A stretch of DNA of 64,000 nucleotides, from NCBI GenBank assembly GCA_977016875.1, contig CDRNST010000038.1, positions 2,852,001 to 2,916,000 on the forward strand. The letters are read 5' to 3'. The stretch comes from Pavona decussata (lineage: Eukaryota). Made by a program: the position numbers and the translations under genes. The notes beneath the pieces were generated by a model. It was not told the DNA's origin and did not search any database. It worked only from the letters and a program-made list of their open reading frames with translations. Positions 26,001-38,000 of the stretch are shown one piece after another (the first letter of the stretch is position 1; every line of letters begins with the position of its first letter).

Positions 26001-26331
26001 AGGGAGTGAATGTAAACCTTGACAAAGTGTGACTCGATGGCAATGTTGCAAAAAATTTGGATCGCTTTTCGCGACGGTTAAATTACTCTCACTTTAACAC
26101 TGAAGTCAAGGGCGGAATTCCTGAGTAGGAAAGGAGACATCCTTATGTCTGCCAAACAGACGCAAGTAAGGTTAGAATACTTTCCGTTTGGTGGAAGTTT
26201 CGCTCTCTAATGGATTAAGGCCAGCTTGGAACAACAACAAAGCAATTGACCAAAATTAAATACATAATGAACTTACCTTTAAAAGCCACGAGAAGTACAA
26301 CTAGAACTATTCGTGAAGACATGACCTCCAT
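9128..26331 (-). CDS. Receptor tyrosine kinase, SP-Ig-Ig-Ig-FN3-FN3-TM-kinase, RET/FGFR-like kinase; 14 shared coding exons (910 codons) plus one of two terminal exons
   Basis: Phase-consistent GT-AG chain. Kinase motifs [54 protein letters not shown]. TM segment LLIAGVGGAFLVILIAIICVICFV. Confidence 0.92.
9351..9422 (-). CDS. RTK alternative terminal exon A (EYVDMRTYEDSLYVNFDGSSATI*)
   Basis: ctttctag|GAA acceptor, phase 0, TAA at 9353-9351. Confidence 0.68.
   Translation of the reverse strand, partial: EYVDMRTYEDSLYVNFDGSSATI
9735..9841. repeat. Compound tetranucleotide microsatellite (GAAC/GGAC/GGGA/GGAT)
   Basis: direct reading. Confidence 0.95.
9861..9960 (-). CDS. RTK last kinase exon
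   Basis: YVLMLDCWQVAPQRRPTFTELSQHLTKLFSDER|gtgagt, phase 0. Confidence 0.92.
9992..10210 (+). mobile_element. tRNA-derived SINE (family 1)
   Basis: gaccagct..agctcagtttgtaaag..gggttcgaatcccg, homologous to 1595-1790. Confidence 0.65.
10295..10367. mobile_element. Ultra-short palindromic MITE, 9-bp TSD
   Basis: TAGTCTCCCTCGCA...TGCGAGGGAAACTA; flanks ctaaaagtt / ctaaaaggt. Confidence 0.75.
10707..10803 (-). CDS. RTK kinase exon
   Basis: GASPYPGMNSQEVINFLQDCYRMDKPKHCSEE. Confidence 0.92.
11304..11344 (-). CDS. RTK kinase 41-nt exon
   Basis: [13 protein letters not shown]; atatag/gtaaga sites. Confidence 0.92.
11795..11868 (-). CDS. RTK kinase exon (P+1 loop)
   Basis: [25 protein letters not shown]; cacag/gtaagt sites. 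Confidence 0.92.
12475..12788 (-). CDS. RTK kinase exon (hinge, catalytic loop, DFG)
   Basis: [34 protein letters not shown]. Confidence 0.94.
13074..13315. mobile_element. MITE
   Basis: Imperfect TIRs tagagaaatttagaatt.catttacg / cgtaaacgcgactcttaatctctct. Confidence 0.6.
13652..13762 (-). CDS. RTK kinase exon (alphaC helix)
   Basis: ECDSETARRDLIAELELLKLIDPHPNVIGLLGCCTRQ. Confidence 0.92.
14566..14797 (-). CDS. RTK kinase exon (Gly loop, VAVK)
   Basis: WEFPRNRVDLQVVLGSGAFGLV..VAVKIVK. Confidence 0.93.
15285..15505 (-). CDS. RTK transmembrane/juxtamembrane exon
   Basis: tttcag|AA...TCG|gtgaga; hydrophobic helix followed by RKIHK. Confidence 0.9.
15791..16186. mobile_element. Tc1/mariner-type MITE, TA TSD
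   Basis: TA-CCGTATTTACTCGAATAAGCGCC...GGCGCTTATTCGAGTAAATACGG-TA perfect TIR; internal ATAAGCGCCG repeats. Confidence 0.9.
16195..16312 (-). mobile_element. tRNA-derived SINE remnant
   Basis: Minus strand GGCCTTATAGCTCAGTTGGTAAAGCA with a degenerate B box. Confidence 0.55.
16824..17100. mobile_element. MITE inserted at TA in the duplicated FN3 intron
   Basis: TIRs gagcggtttccaattgactgtcg / cgacactcaatagaaaatcgctc; empty paralogous site gtcTTAttacaaaac near 17741-17755. Confidence 0.85.
17123..17413 (-). CDS. RTK FN3 exon copy 2
   Basis: Paralogous 291-nt exon; about 16 of 97 aa differ from copy 1. Confidence 0.92.
17767..18057 (-). CDS. RTK FN3 exon copy 1
   Basis: PDSP..VTW..YTIMDLKSNTNYKFRILATNNLGTSPPS; 291 nt, phase 1-1. 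Confidence 0.92.
18155..18330 (+). mobile_element. tRNA-derived SINE (family 2)
   Basis: GCAGGGATGGCGCAGTGGTGAGAG..GGTTCGATTCCC..TGTGGGCTGAGTTTGTTGTTGGTTCT. Confidence 0.8.
18428..18739 (-). CDS. RTK Ig domain 3 exon
   Basis: VICESRGNPEPKFTW..STLEI..YTCEVVNTLG; 312 nt, phase 1-1. Confidence 0.92.
19204..19482 (-). CDS. RTK Ig domain 2 exon (I-set)
   Basis: LDCTVSAFPKAKVTW..NGTLLI..EDTGTYICIASN; 279 nt, phase 1-1. Confidence 0.92.
19565..19953. mobile_element. TTAA-type MITE (Kolobok/piggyBac-like)
   Basis: ttaaggacagtacctact ... agtaggcaccgtctt inverted ends. Confidence 0.6.
20024..20078. repeat. (GAT)n microsatellite
   Basis: direct reading. Confidence 0.95.
20672..20767. mobile_element. 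Ultra-short palindromic MITE, 9-bp TSD
   Basis: Near-perfect hairpin; flanks agacatacg / ggacatatg; same family as 10295-10367. Confidence 0.8.
21178..21410. mobile_element. Harbinger-like MITE
   Basis: TIR tggttttcactagcgac / gtcgctagtgaaaacca; gcaagc repeats. Confidence 0.8.
22273..22584 (-). CDS. RTK Ig domain 1 exon
   Basis: EGQNVTLPC..W..DHGNYSC; 312 nt, phase 1-1. Confidence 0.9.
22800..23150 (+). mobile_element. SINE (family 2) with a MITE (about 22954-23142) nested in its 3' end
   Basis: SINE tail ttcca-at-tcgatct is split by an element with long TIRs atggcgtcatttgactacaactaccagaat. Confidence 0.8.
24013..24105. mobile_element. Ultra-short palindromic MITE, 9-bp TSD
   Basis: TAGCCTGAGTATCAGGC..GCCTAATGCTCAGGTTA; flanks tagacacac / tagtcacac. 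Confidence 0.75.
26277..26331 (-). CDS. RTK signal-peptide exon (MEVMSSRIVLVVLLVAFK)
   Basis: tttctcag|ATG...AAAG|gtaagt; phase 1 joins GLFVASS of the next exon to give a hydrophobic signal peptide. Confidence 0.78.
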
Positions 26332-27545
26332 CTGAGAAATAAACCAAAAATCTCTCTTTTGCTAAATTGTCCTCTAAGCACCTGAAAGAGATTAGCCCTT
26401 GTGTAAACTTCAATTTTTTTCAAAAAATGTTTGGATAGAATCTGCTGATTCTATGATAACTCTAGAATATCAGTTCAAACCTTATGTTTCTTAAATCAAA
26501 CCAATACTTGTATTGATTTCCATTTTAATTGAATTCAAACGCCATTTAAACAATCAAACGATCTGTTTAGAAGATGTAAATGTTTCGTCGTTGGACCGTC
26601 GTTCGGGAGAAGTTTTATCGAAACTATGAACAACCCTTATCAATGGGACTCGACAAAACACTTAGAATACTTCAGGATTTTAACCTCAATAAGACATCTT
26701 TTCAATCAATTAGTTTCATCGGTATGTTTGTGGCCTGTGCATTTTATGCTCAAGTATTACAGCCACGCGAAAAGTCTGTTATTAAGTTATCTCACGCTGG
26801 AAATCAGCGATAAGAGGTCACTGTCAATGATTCTAACTTGTTTATCTTGGGACCGCAATCGGAACACCTATTTCCCGCGGTTTTCTGACGTTTCGCCCGC
26901 TTTTGAACGCTTGCCACAGAATTAGGGCGCGAAAAGAAATAACCATAATTAATTCCAAGAGGTGAATAATTCGAATGCTTTATGTTGGTGTGAGAGAAAC
27001 TTTCCCAGACACACATACATAAACAAGAATGCAGAGTTCTCAGACGGGGTTGTAATTTGTCAAGGTGCAGTACTTGGTCGTTCAATCTGTGACCTATAAT
27101 CCAGTGGTGTCTCTGGCGCCTGAAAACTCACAGGAGATACTTCAAGTAAAAGGTCACAGGACATCATGTTTGTTTTACAACCGCTAGCAGACGCGACAAA
27201 ATAGCATTCATTTTGCTCTGCGATGTGCTGGGAAACGAGATAACTAGCAGTTTCTCAGTAGCTTTGATTTCAATGGCTACATGGCTGTGTTTTTATCCTA
27301 ACCGCAGAATGTAAGAAGGATTAATTAATGGTTACATGTAATGTCGGTTACAAAATGTAGAAAAACGGAGGAGAATCGTGGTCACCACAAAGTTAGTAAA
27401 AAGTTGGATAAATACGAAAACATGAATCACAAATTTTGTAGTGATCAAAGCAGCTTTGAAAAAAAGAGGCTGCAAAACACCATTGCAAACGATAAATGTA
27501 GAATTGCCATTTCGTCGAGTTTAAATTTTTATAATAGAAAATCGC

Positions 27546-27675
27546 NNNNNNNNNNNNNNNNNNNNNNNNNNNNNNNNNNNNNNNNNNNNNNNNNNNNNNN
27601 NNNNNNNNNNNNNNNNNNNNNNNNNNNNNNNNNNNNNNNNNNNNNNNNNNNNNNNNNNNNNNNNNNNNNNNNNNN
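27546..27675. other. Assembly gap (130 N)
   Basis: N run. Confidence 1.
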
Positions 27676-30600
27676 ATCGTACTTGTTCGTCAATTTATTG
27701 TTGATTAGATCCTTTACTGCAGGATCCGGTGCTTTGATCACGTTGTTTCGGTTACTGTGTTTTTGATTTACTTCAATAATTGCATCGTTTCTTTGAAAGT
27801 GATGTTTGTTTCCCATTCTCTTCCCTCTTTGTCGAGGTGTTTAAAACAGCGAACCGTTAAAAAGATCCCTCCCCCCTCCCTCCTTCCTTTCTTGCCCTCC
27901 CCCCCTCCCGAGGGGCTTGGGAAGGGCAAATGATAATCCTACTTGCAAGATACGTTGCCGTCTGTGGCCCAAAAGCGACTTGTGCTTTTCCCCAGCAACA
28001 GTAAATTCTATATTAATAAGAGATGTGGGGTGGCCCGCAATAGGACGCAGGTAATCCGGCTTGGGAAAATAATATTTAATTTTTTGAGTACGTCTCTCTC
28101 CTGTCTAGACTTTTTGCCTGTGTAAAGTCGGCCACAATGTGGACCATGCACCCAGAACAGTGGTCATTTTAAAGCTTTCACTGTCTAGCGCCTGTCTTTC
28201 TTTTCAAACAAACAACGCGATACACGAAACAAAGATTATTTTCGCAACTAAGAAGAGTGCCCGGGCGAATTATTCTTGTTGAGAGAAAGCGGTTTTTTTC
28301 TGGAATTCTTGGAGGGACGTATCGTCAAGTGGCTAAGAATTCGAAACACACCCTACTCATATTTCAGAATTAAGAAAGTCTGTAGCTTTCTTCAGGTCAG
28401 TAAGCAAAATGAAGATTTCAAAACCCATACCCTTTGGGGGTGGTAGATAACTGCATAGTTTATGTAAGGGAGTGCCCTAACCCTCCCCTGCAGGGGTTGT
28501 GATCTTTTCAGAAAGAACTTTGTACAGGGAAAACCGTTAAACTACAGCTAAGCTGCATTGCAGTGCCTCCAAATTCTGCACTCATTCTCATCTTGTAATA
28601 GCTTGCTTTCCAAGAGCCCTACAGTGATGCACTGATTAAATGACGTGTTAAAGGTCTGACTGTGTTTTAAATCGTGGTAAATAAAAACATTTAGTAGCGA
28701 TACTTATATCCATATATTTCCTGTTTCTATCTGATAACTTAGTTATTTTCGGGATGTAATTAATTACAAAACTGACGTCGCCAAAATTGGTTGAGCCATA
28801 GCTGGGAAAAGATTCAAATACACCAATTGTCGTGGGAAACCCGACGGGTTGAATATTCGGGTCGGAAGTCCTTAATCGCGCCAGAAATTCGGATTTAGTC
28901 GTGAAGAAAAATAACAGTTTTCTTTGGTGAAATGTCTCGTCAAGCTGTCGTAGCATTGGAAAGCTAATTCCTTTGTTTTCGGATCGAGCGGAAAATATGT
29001 CGTTTTAAGGGCGAAACAAGGTCAGCTTGCATTTTTGGAAAGCCTTCAACAGCTCGTTAATTCAGGGAATAGGATTCTGCTGCCTAAAACGTTCTGGGAA
29101 TTAAACCTTCAGGTCAAAGAAACGAATAGATAAAACGGTGTTAGCATGGATAAATACGCCTTTGAAGCCATAGAACGATATGGGAATGCAGGAAATAATA
29201 GTTTAAGCACACTGCCAAAGTAATGCGACGTATTAACTCTAATTGAAATATTTCGTAGACGCTTATAGGTGGATAAGCGTCCGTTAGTTCACGTGCAGCA
29301 TGCATCAAATACGGCGTGATTCGTGAGACGATGCAAGAGCTTCTCTGCTTCTTTCATCTCTTCAATCAGATTTTCTGTGATTGATGACAATTATTTAAAC
29401 TCAAGGAGGGCTTTCTAGGCATCCATTCATGTATCGCAAGGAAATCAGGCAATTAATAACACTTAACAAAATTGAAACAAGGCTCTATTTGTAAAGAAGA
29501 CCTTGACTAATTATACAAACTCTTATGGGATTTTGGTCATAACACGCCGCTCAAAAGATTTAGCCGGGAATTGGCCCCCCTCAATGCAAGATTTTTTTCA
29601 AATGGTACTGAATGGACGCCATGTTGATTGTTGTGTGCTTTAGGGCCTGGGAACTAAACGTGATTCAATATCACCCCTGTGTACCATTTGTCAATGTTTA
29701 ATAACGCACCTAAATAGCCTAACATGCAGCACCTAAGTCAATCAAAATTCAATTAGCGAAATATCCTGTCTGAAAACTTGAATTATGAGCTGATGAAACT
29801 AGTCATGTGCTTGCTATTTTTGCACACTGCTTTGTAGCTTATACAGGCCTCGTCTCACGTACACGTTGATCACGATCCTGGATTCCGATTGTCGCGTGAT
29901 TTTTAAACTTTGCTTCATGCTACAACTTTTTTTTCGTGCGGTATGGCAAGCTGAAATATTCCAATGTTTTGCTCTTGTGGAAAGATAATCATTACGTGAT
30001 TGGTCGTTTTGCACGCGACCGGCGTAGTGTTTACAAAGGGAAAAGCTTTTAATAACCATGCACCCTCGTGCTTCGTATTCACCCTTTCTTTCCTTATCAA
30101 GGGTGACCAACAGTTTTAGTCACACTTATATCCGGAGGGTTTAAAATTTTAGCACATAAGAGATGGGTATTAAATCGACATAATCGCGTAAAAAATTCAT
30201 CCTTTTACATACACTTATCTTTCACTAATTATAAGAATTTGGGATCTATTTCACAGCGTTTGGAGTGCACAACAAGGTCAGGGAAGTTACCCAAATCACT
30301 AGCTCGACTGTTTTCGCCCCCGTCCTCCCGAAACAACATTCTAAGTCTTCAGCTAACAATATTTTTCGTCTGTGTCATATCCTTAGGGCAATGAACGGGC
30401 AAGTCACGGAATTAAGAAAGCAGGTTGCTATCACACAATTCAACTATGAAATTCATTCAGTGTTTGGTTTTCACTGTTATTCGTATAGCAATGCATTTTG
30501 AACAAATTCGATAAACTGCGTATACGATTTCCTCCCTACAACCCCCCTCCCCCCCCCCCCCAAAGAGAAAATTTACATGTAGCGTTTAACAATATTTAGC

Positions 30601-30971
30601 AAGTCGCGAATTTGAAAGTTGTCGTAGAAATCGAAACCTTCTCTACAATTCTAGGTTGTAGCCATCGCAAGCTGTACGTTTACGTTTTCAAGTCAACTTT
30701 TGGCGACCTTATTCATTGGCAACACATTTCAGTGACAGTTATAGCAAGGCAATTAAAAATATTAAGATAAGCCTGCACGTTAAACCTATTCTCCCTCGCC
30801 TTGGATCATTGACTGAGGAGAATAAATTGGGGGAACACTGGTAGACTAGTTTTTTCAGAGGATAACAAAGTATCAGATAATGCGTCATTAAATATTGGAG
30901 TGTGACCACTCAAATGAAAATCTTTTGAGCTGCGCTTTCCTATGATGCTGTTTATCACGATCATGCTTTTA

Positions 30972-31564
30972 TTTAACATGCTCAACTATGCACGCATTTT
31001 GATTGGTTTTTACCAATGATCTATTAGAGGACAGACGCATCGATGACGTCATCATTAATATATATTTTTCCCATGTTTTTTTAAAATGGCGGAAAGTTTT
31101 GAAAATCTAGAGAATATTTTATCTGACTGGGCGAACGAACATGTGGAAAAACGTCTTGCCGAAGCGTTGGACAGGTAGGTGAAGCAAGAAGAAAAAAGAA
31201 AAACACGTTTCTTTGTAGAAAATGACTTGGAAAAATATTCGAGCAGTCTTAGTCGAGTGCGACTAGACGAAACACAAAACGGGTGGTGAAATTAGATTAA
31301 GGCAAGTAAAACTTGTCAGTGATTAATCTATTTAAATACCAAAACGAAACAACGAAATGAAAGATTTTGAAATAAACAAGTGATTTTTTGTATATTTTGT
31401 TTCTTTATTATACAAAACAAATAGATTCCATGTTGCCGTGCCTCTGTTGAGCAATACATCACAGAAGACGTTCTCCTCGTGTGCCACTTTGCTCGCAGGC
31501 TACTTCTTACCATATTTTGACGTCATCTAAACAGACGCACGGCAACATGGAATCTATTTGTTAA
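30972..31564. mobile_element. Non-autonomous DNA element interrupting a satellite array
   Basis: Inverted repeat aacaaatagattccatgttgccgtg (near 31416) / cacggcaacatggaatctatttgtt (near 31540); satellite units on both sides. Confidence 0.55.
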
Positions 31565-34500
31565 GCACAACTGGTTGCAAGTTTTGAATCTGTGGATGAA
31601 ATTCTAAAGTGTGACCGTTCAAATGAAAGTTACTGAGAAGCACTTCCTATAGTGCTACCTATTTTGCTGTACAACTGGGTTTCGGACTTTTGAGTCTCTT
31701 GAATGATATGCGTGACTGAAATCCTTGAGATTGATCATTCAAAGAAATGACACTGGCCAGTACATTCCTGTGGCGCTGTTTGTTTTACCGTACAAGTAGA
31801 TTCTAAATTTTCAGCTGTTGCATGAGATCCGAAAGTGTGACCATATCAATGCAAGCGATGTAAGTACTAATGCCCGCTGTTTGTTTTCCAAAACGTTAGA
31901 AAATGACATATAGTCTGGCACTTAACAAAGTAACTTTAACACCTCAATATTAACTGTTTATAAATTCTTATCTTTGAAGCGGGCTAAAGTCTGATGGTTC
32001 TACTAGGGCAGACTGTTTACTCAGCTTGTTAATTTATAGTTTAAACTTATCATTTCATCAATCTTAGGTGTTTGATCTAATTCCTACCTCAGTAAATTGC
32101 GGTCTTGTTGGAAGATCTACCCGTCGAGCCGTTCATTATAACATGAAAGTTACCATGATAATTTCAGACGGAAAATGTCTCGACCCAAGCATACATTTCT
32201 GACAGTACCTGTGTTCAGCGATGTAATACGATACAGCATTGACTAGTATATAAAAGCATTAATTTAAAGCGCAAATCCTTAAAAAAGTCGTTTATCTGCT
32301 TAACATAACGAACATGACACAAATCCCACTCAAACTCGAGACCACGATCAAAACAAAACACCCACAAACGAGGATTTTCTGCACGCAACGCGGACCTTTG
32401 ACACTTGAATCCAATTACTATCAAAGACATCAATATGTCTTTTTAGCAAAATGTTTGGGAAGTCTTCCAGTCTAAACGCAACGACCCTTCCATGCGTTTC
32501 TTGGTTTTTTAAACTGAATCATGACCTAGCCTCCCCTTGAACTTCACCCTACCCTATTTTCCCTACCTACCCATCCCTGAGTCGTTTTTTCACGTACGTG
32601 CACCAACGCATTAAACATGGCGGAAAGACGAAGTGGTTTTTGTAGGATAATCACTATCTTAAGTAATGCCAATTCCTTTGTTATTTTTCCGTAACGTTTA
32701 AGGATCATGAAATAACTCCCAGATTTCTGCAGTTTTAGGGTGTTTTAAATTCTTCTCATTGCCTTGTGAGGCGCTCTTTGATTTTCCGAGAAATGTAAAA
32801 ATAGCGAATCACAGGATGTGATCCAGTTCCTCGGCGAGCTGCCCTTCCTCGACTTCAGCTTAAGCGGAAATTAATATTTATCTAACCGCCAAATTTCAGG
32901 GAAGCGATTAATTTGGAGTTTGAAAAAACAAAAACAGCTTGTTCGATTGCCAAAACGAGGGCCAAGATACTGTTCATTGTTTACACACTCTAAAGTTATT
33001 TTTACATTTTGTCCCTGTATTAAACGATATGACATTTCCAAGATGTGTCGGGAAAGCTTTTTATGTAGGGAAAGCTGACAAGGGCAAAGCTTTTACAAAT
33101 TGAGGATTTGGTTTCGTGGCGCCCGTGTGGCGCGAGTTAAGCTCTGGAAAGATATGATATGCTTATAAAACCAAAGGAAGGTTTAGGTCTTGAAAATTAA
33201 AAGTTGCAAGATCTATTTACAGATTAATTAAAATTCTACCCTTCGAGAAAGAGATCCCTCGATCTTCCAAAAAGAATCGGGAAAAGGAAGAACTGAGAAA
33301 GAAGGGAAACGGTTGGTCCCTTCCCTTTCCCGTTCTGCTTGGGAGATCGAAGGAATCTCTTCTCCGACGCGGGGTATTGAAATTCAAACTAGGGCTTGAT
33401 TTTGGTACAGAAGGTTTAATATCAATGGAGGAGTCTTCTATAGCAATGGTTTCATTCACTACTTTTCACTTCTTGCTAAAGTACTTAACTGATACAACGA
33501 ATCCTATTATTGAATCCGTTAATACGAAAAGACGGAGCTAAAATTCAGCCATAGTGTTAAACACATACAAAGTTTTGTCAAAGTTCTACACCGGACAACA
33601 AATGTTCGCTCTTAGCAAAACAGTATGTTTCTTATCCATGAAAGAAATCATAGTCCGAGACAAGTCAATGTTTATTTTCATTTCGCTAATAAAAGATAAC
33701 AATAATTTGGGTTCCTTTTGGTATTTTTCCAACTTCACATTTCATCGACTTTTTCGTGCTGTGAGCTGCCGCCGGGTTTAAAGGCCTCAATAAAGCTTGC
33801 AAAACCTCTGCTTTTCACCTCATTTTTTGCCTCACTCTGTCGGCCTTCTGTAAAATTAACGTTATCAATATGTTAACTAAAACTCAACTTTGCCCGGCAA
33901 CTAATTGAAAATCATAGCAAAATACGGCTGAACTTTGAACATCGGGATGTTTGTTTTAATCCGTTTACTGACGAAAATAAAGTCTTACCTTTTAGCAAAA
34001 AGGATTCCAAAAGGCGAATAATCCTCCCAGCGTTGTAACTGAAACTCTAAAAGTTGTCATATTAAGTCTCGAATCGATACAGATAAGCATTGACTTAGGA
34101 TCCCTAATTAGCAATTCTCAAAGTTTCCGACTTTTTGCGGCTTTGTAAAGCTATACACTTCTAATACGACCGATTAGATGTAAACAATTTTGTATATCTG
34201 GGCAATCTAACGAAAATCGAATTTTACAAGAATGGGCATATGGTCTCTCACCAACTGATATGTATCGCCCAGTTCTGAATGCGATTACTAAATTTAACAG
34301 GAAAAGGACCTGAAAAATCGGCTTGGATATTAAACAGCAAACTCAAGCCGAGAAGTGTTACGGGCAGAATTTCATCTTAAATCACAGGCTTCTCCTGAGA
34401 CCATCTCCGCAATTTGTTCAGATAGTTTAACAGGGGCTTTGGGGGAATTTAGCTCCGTGGCTGAACGAGAGGTACCCTGTTTCCTTACGAGATATTTTTC

Positions 34501-34910
34501 ACATCAAGTGGACCAGATCTTCTTCAAGGAACACTATTTATTGCAGATCTTGACTAATTCTGTTATAGAACTCAAAAGCTTTTACTGAAGGACATTTGTC
34601 ATATAAGACTCACAGCCAATAGTATTTCGACAAAGTCAATTGCACTTGGAGGAAATTCTAAAGATATTACTTTTCGCGTGTTTACAAACTGAAGCTCATT
34701 TCTTATTCGAAAGAACAGCAGGTGTTCAACACCTATGTAATTTACTTTACGGTTACAAAGGCTGCGATATTTCCTAAATTGCAAAATGTCCAGTAAAAAT
34801 AAAATTTGCCAGGTGAACTTTTTTTTGTTTTTTATTTATTTCTCTGGGGAAATTTAGTTCAGCTAGACAGTCAACAAGCAAGATTATTAGCTCGCAATTA
34901 TTGTAAAATT

Positions 34911-35019
34911 TACGGTGGTCCAAAAGTGTCACGGCCATTTCATTTTCATCAAGGCAATTTCATTTTCACGGCAATTTCATGTGAAATTGAAATTGCCGTG
35001 ACACTTTTGGGCCACCGTA
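34911..35019. mobile_element. Short palindromic MITE
   Basis: tacggtggtccaaaagtgtcacggc / gccgtgacacttttgggccaccgta. Confidence 0.8.
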
Positions 35020-38000
35020 AAAAATTAGCTCCTAACTAACTTATTTTTATCAGGTGCGATTTTTTTACACTCTTAACTACCGGTATATTTTTTACAACTG
35101 TATTGTGGATTTTATGTTTATGCAGCTGAACATCATATTTTTATTTCTATTTTTGTTGTATATCCTCCTTACGTAACTTGAGTTATAAGTTGGGGTCTCA
35201 GTAAAAACTCTCTTGCCTAAGGGAAACGAACTAAGTCACTACATACTATTTAAATGGTGTTTTCACGGCGGCCATGTTGGTGGAGAAGTAGAATAACAAA
35301 AAAAATTTGGATACAAATAAAATCTTTTTCTCAAAGGAAAATCATTCTATTTTTTCGTTCCTCCAATACGGCTGCCGCGAAAAACGATTTGCCACGCGCA
35401 AATTAACCCGAATTTATGTGGGGTTAATTGATCTCGAGGTTTTATATTTCTGTGAAATTAAAAAATATTTTATTTTTATGAAATAATATGACTCGGCTTT
35501 TTATAGACAAGTACATGTATCGCCTTACATCCAAAGTCCTATTTCATCATCGAATTTCAAATCAGCAGCTTGGTCGACACCTCGAGGTGTAAAAAACGTA
35601 TCTAAGAAGCAGACTAGTTTTTCAACGAGGTTCTTCGGCGAAAGTCGAACCAGAAAAAAGCAAAATTTTAAAACTTCGTAATGATTGGAAAGGAAAATCA
35701 TTTACATGATGAAGTGCCAACGGTAATCCAAATTCGCGGAATTATGAAATCACCGAGTATGGACCCTTCCGATTTCTAGCAAGGTCACCGGATACACTGT
35801 AGAATCCTCGGTTCTAAAATTTCAACCAGAAACATTTCAGAAATGTGCGAGGGTATAAAATCGATGGAAACAGCTAGAAGTGGTTATATGGAAACATAAA
35901 GACGTGCTGTGACCCTGAGCATCAGAGAATGACCTGAGATATCAATGTGTTGGCAGAAAGATAGCAAGGAAGCGATATTTTCTTCAAGTGTCGAATGATA
36001 TAGATACTGATTTTAACAGCACAGCTGGTGTCAAATAGCGCTCATAACTCGTATCTGACCTACTGATCTCCTTTGGAAGGAAATACAAAAGTAAATAAGG
36101 AGAAACTGCGCCTTCTTATCGCTGCTTATCGCCAAAATGTCGCTCGCTTGATTTAATTTTTGTCGCTTGAAGTGTTGCTGTTTTAAAAGCGAGGACACTA
36201 ATTAAAAGTCTTGCTCGAGAAGTCCCTGCTGTAAAGATTCCCTGCAACCCGCAGCGTCGGGCGATACGGGAAAATATCTACTCGATACCCGAAAAAACCT
36301 TGTCATGACCGCAAAATCACATGAATGATTGTTTTAACTGACATCTAGCTAGTCTTTGTTTTAACTCGTACTATACGCCTTGTTATGTTTTCATGCAGAA
36401 GAATTTTTAGAATGAAGTGTCAAATATACACAGTGTCACCTTTTTGTTTGTCTGCCTAATGTAAGCACTGCTTTCAGTTCAGTTCAGCAAAATGTAATGT
36501 CACGTACTTGTCTATGCTAAAGAATGCGACACATATCTTTTTAAAAAAACAATTACTGTAAAATAACTTCGAAACTTTTATGTTTTAATACTTGATGTTG
36601 CAAGTTTTTGTTTTGTTTCGCAAAATAAAATGCTGATTGTCGCAAGAGGTGTCATTTCGCAGTTTCACCATTGTCGATTTCTGGCAATTTCTTTGTCAAA
36701 GAACTATAGCCCATAGGAAGTCGTTATGGCTACTTAGAATGAATGGAAAGTAAAACAAACTCGACAATAGAACAATACAAGAAGGTATGAGCAAATTTGA
36801 ACAAGCGCGCAACAAAGAATAGGCTTGTTCAGTAGCTCGACTGATCTCTGTATTAGATCATTTCTTGGACACCACAACGCAATGGGATAAATCGAAGGTG
36901 AAACTTCGCCCAAGCGACGCATTCGAAACGACCCTGCTATATCAATTGGCTCATACTCGCTGATCGTTAAATAAACCTCAATATACCCAAAATAGTAATC
37001 CAGAGGACATATTGCACACGCTAATTTCCTATACGTGAGGTCGAAATATCCCAGTGATCGCTGAATTACCTACGTTAACGAGTTTAATTGTCACTGAATT
37101 ATTTTCCCCTATGTAGAAAGTAAATAAATGACTTTTCTACTTACTCAAGACGCTGTCATATTTTATACCGTCGCCCGGGGTACTTGGTGAAGTCAGATTT
37201 GCGATTTAGCCCACTTTAGAACTTCCACACGCATGTACTACGAATAAGCTGTGTGCGTTCAGAACACAATGGCTGCTCTAGATGACAATTTGGAATTTGT
37301 TGCGATACGATCTCGGTGAATTCAAATCCCCGCTGGGCTTTTCTTTGCGTCGAAAATCTTCTAAACACTCTGTAAGCCCCACTCCTTTGACGAAAGATTC
37401 CTGCACGTCCCACTGTCTTCAAAACGCCGATAGACAATTTGTTGGCCCTCTCGACTATCGGACCTTCGTCCCTCGGAGTATCGAAGCTGCCAACTCCTAC
37501 AGCAACGACAGAAACCACACAAAAATGCAGTCACTCTTTTCATCCACTGATTAGATCTTTGTTCTTTCAATCCTTAGGCGTAATTGACATTAATTGACTG
37601 GCTGGATGGCTAATTTAACAGATCATCAGCTTCTTTTAATCACCATTGTCTAACCACCAATCAGCTGTCGACGTTGTTTTCAAAGTAAACGGAGCTGCCT
37701 TTTCCTAAAATAAAGGCTGAGCTGAGATATGACGCAGTTGTGTGGGAAAATGATCTCCACTCTTCCTCCAGATGTGAACAACAAATTTCTTTGCTAATGT
37801 TTGTTTTCTAGGCGTCCTAACTCACACGTTTGCTAACTAAATACTAAAACCTGTTTGCTGATCACTACTGCAAACAAATTTCACGAGCACAAAAACGTGT
37901 TAAATGGACAAATCAAAATAACGCGCGCACGGTTAAATTTTTCACACGTTGAAAACTTGCATCAACTACCTTTTTATTTCACAGCGGAAAGCAGCAAATG

